Positions 1 to 10,827 of a stretch of 64,000 nt of DNA are shown one piece after another. The notes beneath the pieces are model-generated. The model was given only the letters and a program-made list of their open reading frames with translations. It had not been told where the DNA came from and searched no databases. This DNA comes from an uncultured Chlamydiae bacterium (GTDB taxonomy: Bacteria > Chlamydiota > Chlamydiia > Chlamydiales > Parachlamydiaceae): contig CAWHMU010000040.1 of NCBI GenBank assembly GCA_963830365.1, forward strand, positions 1 to 64,000, written 5' to 3'. A program made the translations under genes and the position numbers. The stretch's first letter is position 1. Each line of letters starts with the position of its first letter.

Positions 1-155
1 ATGCTGGTATTGCCGTATAACCTCAACAAAAAAATATCCCCTTATGTGGTAGTGAAATCCCTCCGCTCTAAAGATGTTGAGTAATATTGTTGTCTTTTTT
101 TAAGAAAAGCCTATACTTCCGGTTATAATGAATGGGATGAAAAAAATTGTCAGCC

Positions 156-185
156 TTGACAAAAACTAGCCGGCTGTTACAGAAT
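156..185 (+). promoter_or_regulatory. Putative sigma70/sigma66 promoter of rpoD
   Basis: TTGACA at 156-161 and CAGAAT at 180-185 (18 bp spacer), ~60 bp upstream of the ATG. Confidence 0.4.
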
Positions 186-244
186 TTTCCTACCGCCTCC
201 ATCGTCTACCATAAATTTTTCAGGATGAGTTGATTTAGGAACGC

Positions 245-1909
245 ATGAATAAAACTAATTTCAAAAGCGCTTTTTCCCAGCAGCACCAACAAAAAGTTGA
301 TGAGCTGGTCTCTTTAGCCAAAGAACAGGGCTTCATCACCTACGAGGAAATCAACGAAATCCTCCCCATGACGTTCGACTCTGCCGAGCAAATCGACCAG
401 GTGCTTATCTTCCTCAGCGGCATGGACATCCAAATCCTCAACCAATCCGACGTCGAACGCCAAAAGGAACGCAAAAAAGAAGCAAAAGAACTCGAAGGCT
501 TGCCAAGACGCGCTGAAGGCACCCCCGATGACCCTGTGCGCATGTACCTCAAAGAAATGGGCTCCGTCCCCCTCCTCAGCCGCGAAGAAGAAGTCGAAAT
601 CTCCAAGCGCATCGAGAAAGCTCAAATCCAAATCGAACACATCATCATGCGCTTCCGCTATTCCACCCGCGAAGCCATCTCCATCGCCAATTACCTCCTG
701 CAGGGCAAAGAACGCTTCGATAAATCCATCAGCGAAAAAGAAGTCCTCAACAAGCATGAATTCCTCACCCTCCTGCCACGCCTCACAGCCTTGCTCAAAG
801 AGGAAGATGCCCAGCTCGAACGCTTTCTCAATGAATTTGAACAAACTGACCTGAAGAAAAATGAACGACTGAAACTGGCCGAGGAAATCGAAAAAGGGCG
901 CGTCCGCACCCAAGCCTACTTGCGCAGACTGCACTGCCGCCATAATATCATCGAAGACTTTGTCGAAGTCATCATGCGCGCATACGACCGCTTCCTTATG
1001 CTCGAAAAAGATATCATCGAACTTGGACCCCGCGCCGAAAGAAATAAATTCGCCGCCCAAAAGCTCGCTGCCGCCAAGCGCAAACTGCGCAAACGCGAAC
1101 TTGCCGCCGGCCGCTCGCTCGACGATTTCAAAAAAGACGTCCGCATGCTCCAACGCTGGATGGACAAGAGCCAGGAAGCCAAGCGCGAAATGGTCGAATC
1201 CAACCTGCGCCTCGTCATCTCCATCGCCAAAAAATATACCAACCGCGGCTTGTCCTTCCTCGACCTCATCCAGGAAGGCAATATGGGCCTCATGAAAGCC
1301 GTCGAGAAGTTCGAATACCGCCGCGGCTATAAATTCTCTACCTATGCCACCTGGTGGATTCGCCAAGCCGTCACCCGCGCCATCGCCGACCAGGCACGCA
1401 CCATCCGCATTCCCGTGCATATGATCGAGACTATCAACAGGGTGCTGCGCGGCGCCAAGAAACTCATGATGGAAACAGGACGTGAACCAACTCCTGAAGA
1501 ACTCGCCAATGAACTGAGCCTGACTCCCGAACGCGTGCGCGAAATCTATAAAATCGCCCAACACCCCATCTCCCTACAGGCTGAAGTCGGCGACGGCGGC
1601 GAAAGCCAGTTCGGCGACTTCCTCGAAGATACCAGCGCCGATTCCCCGGCCGAAGCTACCGGCTATTCCATTCTCAAAGATAAAATGGGCGAGGTTCTCG
1701 CTACCCTGACAGACCGCGAACGCAAAGTCCTGATTGAGCGTTTCGGTCTGCTCGACGGCAAACCCAAAACTCTGGAAGAAGTCGGCATCGAATTCAATGT
1801 CACCCGCGAACGCATCCGCCAAATCGAAGCCAAAGCCTTACGGAAAATGCGCCACCCGACGCGTTCCAAACAGCTCAAAGCCTTTCTCGATCTGCTAGAA
1901 TCCGAGTAA
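245..1909 (+). CDS. rpoD: RNA polymerase primary sigma factor (chlamydial sigma66 type)
   Basis: [12 protein letters not shown] (region 1.2), [65 protein letters not shown]. The N-terminal region resembles chlamydial sigma66. Confidence 0.98.
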   Translation: MNKTNFKSAFSQQHQQKVDELVSLAKEQGFITYEEINEILPMTFDSAEQIDQVLIFLSGMDIQILNQSDVERQKERKKEAKELEGLPRRAEGTPDDPVRMYLKEMGSVPLLSREEEVEISKRIEKAQIQIEHIIMRFRYSTREAISIANYLLQGKERFDKSISEKEVLNKHEFLTLLPRLTALLKEEDAQLERFLNEFEQTDLKKNERLKLAEEIEKGRVRTQAYLRRLHCRHNIIEDFVEVIMRAYDRFLMLEKDIIELGPRAERNKFAAQKLAAAKRKLRKRELAAGRSLDDFKKDVRMLQRWMDKSQEAKREMVESNLRLVISIAKKYTNRGLSFLDLIQEGNMGLMKAVEKFEYRRGYKFSTYATWWIRQAVTRAIADQARTIRIPVHMIETINRVLRGAKKLMMETGREPTPEELANELSLTPERVREIYKIAQHPISLQAEVGDGGESQFGDFLEDTSADSPAEATGYSILKDKMGEVLATLTDRERKVLIERFGLLDGKPKTLEEVGIEFNVTRERIRQIEAKALRKMRHPTRSKQLKAFLDLLESE

Positions 1910-1916
1910 ACAGCAG

Positions 1917-4163
1917 ATGGCTTTACACCTAGCAGAGGGCACTAAAGACAAGCTGATTGTCGAGGACGCCCTCGCCGTTTTAAATACCGAAGGCCCACTT
2001 TCAACCGTCCTAAAAGGCTTCGAAGCGCGTCATGAACAGAAAATGATGATGCGCAATGTCCTCGACGCCTATAACAACAGCCACATCTCACTGATAGAAG
2101 CCGGCACCGGCACCGGCAAAAGCCTGGCCTACCTCATCCCTGCCATGCTCTGGGCCGCGCAGACCAAAGAACGCACCGTCATCTCCACCAACACCATCAA
2201 CTTGCAGGAACAGCTGCTCAACAAAGACATCCCCGTCATCGAAAAAGCCCTCAAGCTCGATATCAAAACGGTGTTGGTAAAAGGCATGCACAACTACCTG
2301 TGCCTGCGTAAATTCGACGAAGCCCAACAGGAATTTCTTCTCCTCCCCCAACAGGAAGCCGAAGAAATGCAGAAAATCGACGCCTGGAAAGAAGGCCATC
2401 ACGACGGTTCCAGATCCGCCCTCGCCTTCGCCCCTTCCCCCGCCCTGTGGGAAAAAGTCGCCGCCGAAAGCGACACCTGCAACCGCAACAGCTGCCCTCA
2501 CTTTCAGCAATGCTTCTTCTTCAAAGCCCGCCGCCAGGCCAGCGAAGCCCAAATCCTCATCGTCAACCACCACCTGCTTTTTGCCGACCTCGTCCGCCGG
2601 GCCGAAAGCGACAACTTCAAAGACCCCGCCATCCTGCCAAGCTACAGCCGCATCATCCTGGACGAAGCTCACAACATCGAAGATATCGCCACCGACTATT
2701 TCGCCTCCCGCATCAGCCAGATGGATATCATACGGCTCATGGCCCGCCTGACGGCCGAAAAAGGCACGAAAATCCAGGGCAAGCTGCCGCTGCTCAAGGA
2801 AAAACTCCTCAGCCACTATCGCAACGATCTCTCCCAGCAGGTAAGCTCCATCCACAACCGCCTCACCATAGACCTGCCAGGCATGCGGCGCGATCTGCTG
2901 CAGCAGGCCCACGAGACTTTCGGCGCCTTCTTTGAATTTGTGCATCACATGCAGGGCCATCAAAAAACCGAAGACCAAATACATGGCGAAAGCAAACTGC
3001 GCATCCTGCCCCACCACCACGCCCATGCCCATTGGAAAGAAAAGATCGCCCCGTTAGCCAAAGAATTCAGCAGCTCCATGCGCCGCTATGCCCAGGCCCT
3101 CTCCGCCCTGCCGCAGGATATAAAAAAACTCAACAACCCATCTCTCGACGAGCAGATCAAAACCATCCTCTTCGAAATCGAAGCCCTCACCCTGCGTCTC
3201 AACAGCAGCTCGGCCATCGTAGAACTCTTCTTCGCCGAACTGCCTCCAAATTCGAAAGTGCGCTGGATCGAAGTCCAGGCCCTTAAAACCATGATCAATA
3301 CCACGCTGGTCGATGCTGAACTGGACATCTCTAAAACATTGGCAGAATATCTCTTCAGCAAATTCTCCACCATCATCCTCTGCAGCGCCACCATGACGAC
3401 CGATAAGCACTTCCGCTTCATCCGCAGCCGCCTCGGCCTCACTCCCCAGCACCTGAGCCATCGCACGATCAAAGAACATGCCTACGACTCGCCTTTTGAT
3501 TTCTCGCAGCAAGCCCTCCTGGGCATTCCTTCCGACCTGCCAAGCCCAAGCGACCCTTCCTTCATCCAGGCCGCCTCGGAAAAAATCTGGCTTACCCTCC
3601 AAGCCAGCCGCGGCAACGCCTTTGTCCTATTCACCTCCTACACCATGCTCAAAACGTGCTATGAAATCCTGGAAAAACGCTTAAGGGAACAGCGCTTCAA
3701 CCCCTTAAAACAAGGTGATGACGACCGCCAGTCCCTGCTCAATAAATTCAAAGCCACTGACCGCTCCGTCCTCTTCGGCACCGACTCGTTTTGGGAAGGC
3801 GTCGATGTCGTCGGCGATGCCCTGCGCTGCGTCATCATCGTAAAGCTGCCCTTCAAAGTCCCCAGCGACCCCCTCATCCAAGCCCGCTCCGAAGCCATCA
3901 CCGCCCGCGGCGGCGATCCCTTCATGGAGTATTCCCTCCCGCAAGCCATCGTCAAATTCAAACAGGGCTTCGGCCGCCTTATCCGCAACAAGCGCGACCG
4001 CGGCTGCATCGTCTGCCTCGACAACCGCCTGACAACAAAGCGCTACGGCCAGCAGTTCTTAAGCAGCCTCCCCAATTGCCAGCGCGCATTCGTCCCCACC
4101 GCCGCCATGCAACTGCAGATGACCGAATTCTACCGCCGCACCCACTTCCTATCCAAAAGCTGA
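1917..4163 (+). CDS. dinG: DinG/YoaA-family ATP-dependent helicase (Fe-S type)
   Basis: EAGTGTGKSLAYL, NYLC...CNRNSCPHFQQCFF Fe-S cysteines, DEAH, FWEGVD, KQGFGRLIR. Confidence 0.93.
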   Translation: MALHLAEGTKDKLIVEDALAVLNTEGPLSTVLKGFEARHEQKMMMRNVLDAYNNSHISLIEAGTGTGKSLAYLIPAMLWAAQTKERTVISTNTINLQEQLLNKDIPVIEKALKLDIKTVLVKGMHNYLCLRKFDEAQQEFLLLPQQEAEEMQKIDAWKEGHHDGSRSALAFAPSPALWEKVAAESDTCNRNSCPHFQQCFFFKARRQASEAQILIVNHHLLFADLVRRAESDNFKDPAILPSYSRIILDEAHNIEDIATDYFASRISQMDIIRLMARLTAEKGTKIQGKLPLLKEKLLSHYRNDLSQQVSSIHNRLTIDLPGMRRDLLQQAHETFGAFFEFVHHMQGHQKTEDQIHGESKLRILPHHHAHAHWKEKIAPLAKEFSSSMRRYAQALSALPQDIKKLNNPSLDEQIKTILFEIEALTLRLNSSSAIVELFFAELPPNSKVRWIEVQALKTMINTTLVDAELDISKTLAEYLFSKFSTIILCSATMTTDKHFRFIRSRLGLTPQHLSHRTIKEHAYDSPFDFSQQALLGIPSDLPSPSDPSFIQAASEKIWLTLQASRGNAFVLFTSYTMLKTCYEILEKRLREQRFNPLKQGDDDRQSLLNKFKATDRSVLFGTDSFWEGVDVVGDALRCVIIVKLPFKVPSDPLIQARSEAITARGGDPFMEYSLPQAIVKFKQGFGRLIRNKRDRGCIVCLDNRLTTKRYGQQFLSSLPNCQRAFVPTAAMQLQMTEFYRRTHFLSKS

Positions 4164-4268
4164 CATTTGTATCATTATGCTTTCTTGTTAGCCTGTGCAT
4201 CCGATTCAACGCAAAGAAACAGCCTATTATGCAGGTACAATAATACAACTAAAGCCATCGTTTCAAGC

Positions 4269-5153
4269 TCAAGAGCCCGCCTTAAAGCCGTCTTTTAACT
4301 TTCCGCCCTCGATAAGCTCAGCACCTGGCGGATGCTCTTTCAAATAGACCTTGATCTGCTCTATGCGAAGATCGGGATTCGGATGGGTCTGAAAAAAATC
4401 CGGACCGCGCCCGCTGCCGCCCGACGCCTTCAGTATTTCCATCACTTCAACCATCGCCTTGGGATCATAGCCGGCTTGCGACATCAGCCTAAGACCCCAA
4501 GTATCGGCCTCAGATTCATCCTGCCGGCTATAACGCAATTGGAACATATGATTAACGACGGACGCGATGATGGTAGGATCAAAACTGTTCATCGGACGGT
4601 TGGGATCCCTTGCCGCCGCGCCCACGGCCACCACAAATACCTGCCCCAGCTGGCTTTTGGCCATTTGCTGCGCGGTATGTCGTTGGATCACATGTCCCAT
4701 CTCATGACTTAACACACCGGCCAGCTGGGCTTCAGTTTGCAGCTTGTCCAACAGTCCCATCGTAATGAATACCTGCCCGCCCGGCAAGGCGAAGGCATTG
4801 ATCGTTTTCGTATCGGCCAGCAGGTGAAACTGAAATTTCCAAGGACTCTTTTTTGCATCGCTTTTGCTCACAATGGATTCTCCAAGGCGTTTGACCTCAA
4901 CCGTGCGCGGATCCCGCGATGATAGCTCGCCGCCCATTTCACGTGTCATCGCAGGAGCTGACTCCAATCCTAAGCGGATCTCCTGATCAGGCGTAATCGC
5001 CACATGCTGCCGCTGTCCAGTGACCGGATTCTCTTCCACCTGGTTCATATACATCACCCAGCCCATCAACGCGATGAAAACCGCGCCGATAATGCGCCCG
5101 CCTAACCCGCTGCGTCCCGGCGGACTGTCGTTCTGATCAAAATTCCCCATCAT
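4269..5153 (-). CDS. M48-family zinc metallopeptidase
   Basis: INAFALPGG, HEMGH (HEXXH), YSRQDESEAD, THP and an N-terminal TM anchor. ATG at 5153 chosen as start. Confidence 0.9.
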   Translation of the reverse strand: MMGNFDQNDSPPGRSGLGGRIIGAVFIALMGWVMYMNQVEENPVTGQRQHVAITPDQEIRLGLESAPAMTREMGGELSSRDPRTVEVKRLGESIVSKSDAKKSPWKFQFHLLADTKTINAFALPGGQVFITMGLLDKLQTEAQLAGVLSHEMGHVIQRHTAQQMAKSQLGQVFVVAVGAAARDPNRPMNSFDPTIIASVVNHMFQLRYSRQDESEADTWGLRLMSQAGYDPKAMVEVMEILKASGGSGRGPDFFQTHPNPDLRIEQIKVYLKEHPPGAELIEGGKLKDGFKAGS

Positions 5154-5390
5154 ATCCCCCAAAATAGCGGCTTCCTGGCCGAAACTTATCTATACCAGCA
5201 TCTCTTTAATTTTTGGAATTTTGATCGAAAGGCGCCCTGCGAAAGATTAGCAAAACCCGATATCAATAATTAAATTGACTTAAAATTTAGTAAACAGCTA
5301 CATCCTGATTAACAGGGATTAGTTACAAACAAAACAACCACGCACACATAAAACAAGAATAGTTTATTACGTGCTTTAGCACGTCAAATA

Positions 5391-5473
5391 TTAAACGCAA
5401 AGGCGCAAAGATGCAACAGCAGGCCACTAACTAAGTTTTTGTTCTCTTTGTGTCTTTGCGCCTTTGCGTTTAA
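5391..5473. repeat. Palindromic repeat (short-period CGCAAAGGCGCAAAG type, family E-related)
   Basis: Perfect 21 bp inverted repeat: TTAAACGCAAAGGCGCAAAGA at 5391-5411 and its reverse complement at 5453-5473. Confidence 0.85.
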
Positions 5474-5640
5474 CCTAGAAGCAGCAGTTGCACATGTGAA
5501 AAGGTGTGCAAGCTTTCTGGCTGCAACGACTTGCAAAAGTCAGAGGCAGCACCAAAGCGGTGAGGGCCTCATTTTCGCAAACCGTTGCAACCAAAAAGAT
5601 TGGGCGCATTTTCCAGGAGCAACTGCCGCGGCTAGGTTCA

Positions 5641-8439
5641 ATGTCTCCACTTGAAATTTTAACAGAAGGTATTGATGTGTTCGATCTTGAAAGAGATTCT
5701 CCAAATTTCAATACCCAGCATAAGGAGACAACGGCCGTGGCACAAACATCCTCGCCACCTGCCATTTATCACAATACCATTACCTCCCTGCATCAATTCT
5801 GGCTGCAACAGCTCCAACGCAAAGCTGACAATGCTGCTTCATCATTCTCCATCTTCGATGCCGAGAAAAACATCCTGCAAAAACTTTTCGACAGTCCAGA
5901 CCCTCATAAAGCCTCCATCCTGCAATTTTGCTGCTCCTTATTTTCAAAAATCCAAAGCCACCTCACACTCCCCAAAGACAGCATCGACCACTCCGCCTTC
6001 GATGGCGTAAAGACTCAGATCGCACAAATCATCTTCCTTGCCGACCATGATCTCATCGGAACGAGCCAGCTGCTTAATATATATGATCCAGACAGTTCGC
6101 TTGTGGCCGTGCAAACAGCCTTTGAAAAAGCCCTGCAAATTAATTTAAACCGGGTCAAAAAACATCAAGTCCGGCATTCCCAAGCCCCGCTGCAAGACGG
6201 TGCAGTGGCAGAAAATGTATACAAACCGATCGTCATTGCCTCCATGCTAGTAACATCGGCCGGCATAATGAATTTGGGCCTTATCGATATCATAGAAAAG
6301 CGCTTCTTCCACATGCATGAAGGTCTGCATCAACATGAGAAAGAGCTCATCCATACCCTCGATATCATAAAAAACAATCCGGAAATCCAGCAACAATTGA
6401 ATAGAGATTTCAAACCTGTCAACCCGAATGTAGCTTCAAACGACATCATCAGAGTCTCCCTCAAACTGCCACACAACGTCCTTCCAACAAAACAGCATGC
6501 CAAAATCGCAGCACTGGCCGCCATGCTTTCTGACATGCGCCAGGGTGATGTCGGCAGCTGCTTTGCCTCATGCGTATCCATCTGGATGATGGGAGCGATG
6601 AAAAGTAAGGTGCTGGCTGATTTCATCCATATCCTCGAAAATGGCAAGCTATCCAGGCCCAGCAGCACGGATCAGGTGGATTTCTTCCCCGTACTCGATA
6701 TCGCCGATAGCAGCATGCAAAGCCTCATCGAAATCGATAGGAAGGGTAAAATTCAACCTGCCAAAGGTTACATATGGGCGGCTCCCGGCCTCTTTGCTGC
6801 CTGCCGGCAGATCGGCATCCCGGCCGCTGAAATTAATAAAACTTTCCTCGATGTCCTGGCCAAGCGCTTCTGCCTGCAGAAAGAACCTACCGCCTTCATC
6901 AAAGTTACCGTCGAAGAGCTTATCGACAGCCTGATCGAAACCAATGACCACGACAACTCGTTGAATGCCCAGCAAATCACCGACCTGCGGAAGCTAGCCC
7001 TTTTCACCTACAGCTCGGAAACCAACCCCCCTCTGCTGCGCGCCTGGGAAAGCTGCCTGGCCGCCATGGCAGAATCGAAAAACGATAGCCATATCAGACA
7101 GAAAATCCGCCATTGCGTCACCCTAACCTTAGATAGCCAATGGCCCAACCATCTATTCACCGGATTGACTAACGAAGCCAAAAAAATCCAAAAGGTTTTT
7201 TATAAAGTCCTCGATGCCGGTATCCAGCTGCGCTACGATGAACTTACCCCCTTTAAAGTACCTGATAACGGCGATGGCCATTCAAAAACATCCGGGGCTT
7301 TCATCTTGCATGAACTTTCCCACGCCTCGCGTTCAGCCTCCGCCAAGCGGATTCAAACCCCTGACGAATTCCGCTCTTTCATACTTAACCGTCTGAAAGT
7401 CACCCGCGAAATTTTTGATAGAATCGCCCCTCCCGGCGAGCGGCCAAAATATCAGCAGGTGATCAAAAAAATCCGCGATTTCATCAACCACAGCGATAGC
7501 GACTATGCAAGCTTCCTCAAAAATGTTATCCGCAACTATCATTCCGCAAATAAAGACCTCATCGATCCCCTGGCCAATTGGAAACAGCTTGAACACCTGC
7601 CCTTCCAAGATGCCACCGGCGATGTTATTGCACCGGTCTATAATAAGGCCACCGGACTAATCCTCGAATCCCCGGAAATCGTGCGCCCTAAAAATGCCGA
7701 GCAGCTGCTGGCAGCTTTTATCGATTTCGCACGCAACCATACCGCCTCAAATCAAGAATCAAAAAATGTCCCGATCAGCCAGCGCTATCTGGCCGCTACC
7801 CCGCAGCATGCCTTTACCCTTACCCCGGCAGACCCTTCCCTCTGCGATGCACTTAAAAGCCATCTGTCCGCCCAGGCATGGATCCAACAGTTCCTGCTCG
7901 CCCCAGGAAAAACTATCGCCAACCTGCCGCTGTCATCCGAACAAAAAGAAATATTCATTAACGAAAGCGCCAAACTGTTGCTGCCGGCCGAACTCTGCCA
8001 AGCCTTCAAAGCCGCAGCTCTCTCTTTCACCCCTTCTGAAGACTCCGTACATGCTTTCAGCAATCAATTACTGGATCTGGTACTTAGTTTTAAATCAAAG
8101 TCGAACCCTGAAGTACGCTCAGCCTGCTCCACCACGCTGACAAATATCTATCTGCAGAATGTCATCAGTCAATCCGCCGCCAAAATATTGCAGCAGACGA
8201 TCGTACGCATCGCCGACACCAATTGGATCGACCAGGGAGCGCGCCATATATATTTTGCCTGCTTTTCAGATCCCGTCAGCAACACTCTACAGCTAGCCTC
8301 CGTCAATGAAGAAGGCAATGAACTGCAGGCCCTGGACCAAAATGAATGGGTCGCCTATGTCCCTTGGGAGATGTATGGCGTAAAACTCAACCCCGCCCTC
8401 TCCCACCATCATATCTCAAACGAACCCTCCCATAAATAA
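5641..8439 (+). CDS. Large hypothetical protein, possible papain/calpain-like cysteine protease motifs
   Basis: Long open frame (track start 5506; first ATG 5641, 932 aa) with RQGDVGSCFA and QHAFTL motifs. Confidence 0.8.
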   Translation: MSPLEILTEGIDVFDLERDSPNFNTQHKETTAVAQTSSPPAIYHNTITSLHQFWLQQLQRKADNAASSFSIFDAEKNILQKLFDSPDPHKASILQFCCSLFSKIQSHLTLPKDSIDHSAFDGVKTQIAQIIFLADHDLIGTSQLLNIYDPDSSLVAVQTAFEKALQINLNRVKKHQVRHSQAPLQDGAVAENVYKPIVIASMLVTSAGIMNLGLIDIIEKRFFHMHEGLHQHEKELIHTLDIIKNNPEIQQQLNRDFKPVNPNVASNDIIRVSLKLPHNVLPTKQHAKIAALAAMLSDMRQGDVGSCFASCVSIWMMGAMKSKVLADFIHILENGKLSRPSSTDQVDFFPVLDIADSSMQSLIEIDRKGKIQPAKGYIWAAPGLFAACRQIGIPAAEINKTFLDVLAKRFCLQKEPTAFIKVTVEELIDSLIETNDHDNSLNAQQITDLRKLALFTYSSETNPPLLRAWESCLAAMAESKNDSHIRQKIRHCVTLTLDSQWPNHLFTGLTNEAKKIQKVFYKVLDAGIQLRYDELTPFKVPDNGDGHSKTSGAFILHELSHASRSASAKRIQTPDEFRSFILNRLKVTREIFDRIAPPGERPKYQQVIKKIRDFINHSDSDYASFLKNVIRNYHSANKDLIDPLANWKQLEHLPFQDATGDVIAPVYNKATGLILESPEIVRPKNAEQLLAAFIDFARNHTASNQESKNVPISQRYLAATPQHAFTLTPADPSLCDALKSHLSAQAWIQQFLLAPGKTIANLPLSSEQKEIFINESAKLLLPAELCQAFKAAALSFTPSEDSVHAFSNQLLDLVLSFKSKSNPEVRSACSTTLTNIYLQNVISQSAAKILQQTIVRIADTNWIDQGARHIYFACFSDPVSNTLQLASVNEEGNELQALDQNEWVAYVPWEMYGVKLNPALSHHHISNEPSHK

Positions 8440-8481
8440 TTTAAGGCCCGCACAGCGCGTTTGGTGTGCCGCAGAGACGAC

Positions 8482-8650
8482 TTCTCAATCACGTTTGGCG
8501 GGAATGGACTCGGAAGTTTGGGGTCTTGCTGGTGATTTGTGATTTGAAAGTCCTAAAGGCATTGGAAAGCCCGAATCCTTTCCAATCGCCAATCGCACGC
8601 CTGAGCTCAAGCCATTCAGCCAAAACATATACTATGCGTTTTTCTGAGAT
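8482..8650. repeat. Degenerate copy of the ~170 bp palindromic MITE-like element (family F)
   Basis: Aligns to the reverse complement of 39741-39910 (TGGGGTCT.GCT.GTGATTTGTGATTTGAAAGTCCTA...TCCTTTC.AATCGC.AATCGCA). Confidence 0.75.
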
Positions 8651-8742
8651 TTGATCTCTATCAACCACAGACTTGAGCACAACTAGATGCTGGTATATAT
8701 ATACCTTATAGTGTGTGCTATCTAATATGGGTTGAGTCTTGT

Positions 8743-10476
8743 TTAGCCAAATGAAATGGCTGCCGGCACGCGGAATTTCTTCAGCATGCGCGTGAGCAGC
8801 ATCGAGCGGTCGGGCTTCTTTTCCCCTTTTTCAATACAGACAGGGATGATGGCAGCGCCTGTCTCATCACGGATCTCTTGGAATGAATAGGACTGATTGA
8901 GCTTTTCGATCGAGCCAATGAGGTCTTCGTTATCGACAAAGATGCACACTGAAATCCCTTTGTTTAACGTCTTCTTAAGTAATGACAAACAGACAAGGTT
9001 ATTTTCCAGCGGCTCGATAGCCGGGATCAGGATAACGCGCAGCATGCGATAGAGGCGTACCATCCAGGCATGCTGGTGGTCCTGCTCCTGTTCGATAAAA
9101 AAGCGCATGCGCCGCCGCTGAGCACCCAGAATGAGTAACGTGTCGTTCCAGGCCGTATGCGTGCATACATAGATTGACGGGCTATCGGGAATATGCTCAA
9201 GGCCCGTGATAGCAGTTTTAAAATGCAGCTTGCATAATAGCATCGCCAAATAGCGCGTCAGATAGTCGAAATATTGAAAACCGATGGCTACCGTCACTAC
9301 TAAGGTGATGGTACCTACAATGGTAAAGCCTTTATCCGCGTTAAAGCCGAAAACTTCCGTAATCAAATATACCAGGCCGGAGGCGCACAGCACACCGAAG
9401 AAACTTAAAAAGTTGGTGGCGGCTACGATCTGTCCGCGCGAGGTGTGCGGGCTCGACACTTGGATGTATGAATCGAGCGGAATTTGGTAGATGCCGCCAA
9501 ATAAGCCAAGCAGCGTGACCAATGGGATGACAGCACTCAAGCTGTTTGAAAAGAAGTCCATAAAATAACAGCAGATGGCCACTCCCAAGCTCGCCAAAGG
9601 CACCAAGCCGAGCTCGATGGTGTTGCCGGAAATCTTGCCCGATACAATGGATCCCGTCCCAATGCCAAGCGCCATCAGCAGGAACAGATACCCTCCCTGC
9701 ACATCGCTCAAATGCAGCGATTGCACGGCAAAGGGGATCATATTAAGCTGTCCAAAAGATCCCAGGAAAAGGAAGAAAGCCGAACCGAAGACGGCGGTGA
9801 GCAGCGAAGGGTAGGTGGCCACATGCTTCAAAGTGGCAAAAATTTCGCCTAAGAAGAAGATATTGAATTGTTTCGATGAGCCCGAGGGCGGCGTGTATTC
9901 GATACAGAAACTGGCCACCATGGCGATGAAGGCTAAAAAGGTGGTGCATAAAGCCGCAAAGATGAAGTTGCGCTGTGTGATATCCAAAAGAAATGAGGCC
10001 GTAAAGGTCCCTAAAATAATGGCCAGAAAAGTAAAGGATGTCATCAAGCCATTGGCTTTGGTGATTTTTTCGCTGGCGACCAATTCCGGCAAGATGCTGT
10101 ATTTCGACGGTCCGAAAATGGCACTTAAGGTGGCCATCAGAAACAGCACGCTATAGGCGCCGATTTTGCTCTCATAATAAAAGGCCAAAACACCCAATGT
10201 CAGCGTCAGGAATTCCAATACCTTGGTCAACACGATGATGTTGCGCTTGCTGAATCTGTCGGCCAATAGGCCGGATGAAGCTGAAAAAAGCAGGAAAGGC
10301 AGCACGAAGATGGCGCCGGTGGTGGCAAGAATGCGGTGACTATTTTCGATGCCTTCGACTTGAATGAAAAAATAGATAATCAGCAGCTTATAGATATTAT
10401 CGTTGAGGGCGGCCAGGAATTGGGTGGCGTTGAGAAAAGTAAATGATGACACGCGCGGACCGAGAAATGAAGCCAT
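8743..10476 (-). CDS. MFS transporter (LplT/YgeD-like) with C-terminal degenerate acyltransferase-like domain
   Basis: TQFLAALNDN, GLLADRFSK, FGPSKYSILPELV and ~12 TM segments. The C-terminal THTAWND resembles the PlsC HxxxxD motif. Confidence 0.88.
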   Translation of the reverse strand: MASFLGPRVSSFTFLNATQFLAALNDNIYKLLIIYFFIQVEGIENSHRILATTGAIFVLPFLLFSASSGLLADRFSKRNIIVLTKVLEFLTLTLGVLAFYYESKIGAYSVLFLMATLSAIFGPSKYSILPELVASEKITKANGLMTSFTFLAIILGTFTASFLLDITQRNFIFAALCTTFLAFIAMVASFCIEYTPPSGSSKQFNIFFLGEIFATLKHVATYPSLLTAVFGSAFFLFLGSFGQLNMIPFAVQSLHLSDVQGGYLFLLMALGIGTGSIVSGKISGNTIELGLVPLASLGVAICCYFMDFFSNSLSAVIPLVTLLGLFGGIYQIPLDSYIQVSSPHTSRGQIVAATNFLSFFGVLCASGLVYLITEVFGFNADKGFTIVGTITLVVTVAIGFQYFDYLTRYLAMLLCKLHFKTAITGLEHIPDSPSIYVCTHTAWNDTLLILGAQRRRMRFFIEQEQDHQHAWMVRLYRMLRVILIPAIEPLENNLVCLSLLKKTLNKGISVCIFVDNEDLIGSIEKLNQSYSFQEIRDETGAAIIPVCIEKGEKKPDRSMLLTRMLKKFRVPAAISFG

Positions 10477-10827
10477 TTGGTTGTTTCTTTATTGGTTTGC
10501 ATTCATTATTATTACATACCGGGATCTAGATTCCGATCCGGTATACGCAAACAAATTGTAACGCCCGATGAGGTTGTCAAAATCCCGCAGTTCGCAATAT
10601 CATGAGATCGGCAAGCGCAGTTTGCCTAGGCTATATTAGTTATTATGCCTAGATCCTTAGTATGTAGGGAAAAAAGATTACACTCAAGCTTTTTTTGGGT
10701 GGCTATTAATAAAAATTTTATAACTTTTATATTCTTTTACTTCCTATCAACCGATTAATTTCTAGTTGCTTATATAATAGATAAGCGTAAAAATAACCTG
10801 CATCCTCTCATTTTGGCAGAAAGAAGC

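Noticed and set aside
314..3602. Long antisense ORFs (314-1564, 2088-3032, 3054-3602) and similar shadows throughout the window
   Set aside because: They mirror well-supported genes on the opposite strand and are explained by the strong C-ending codon bias. No motifs were recognised.
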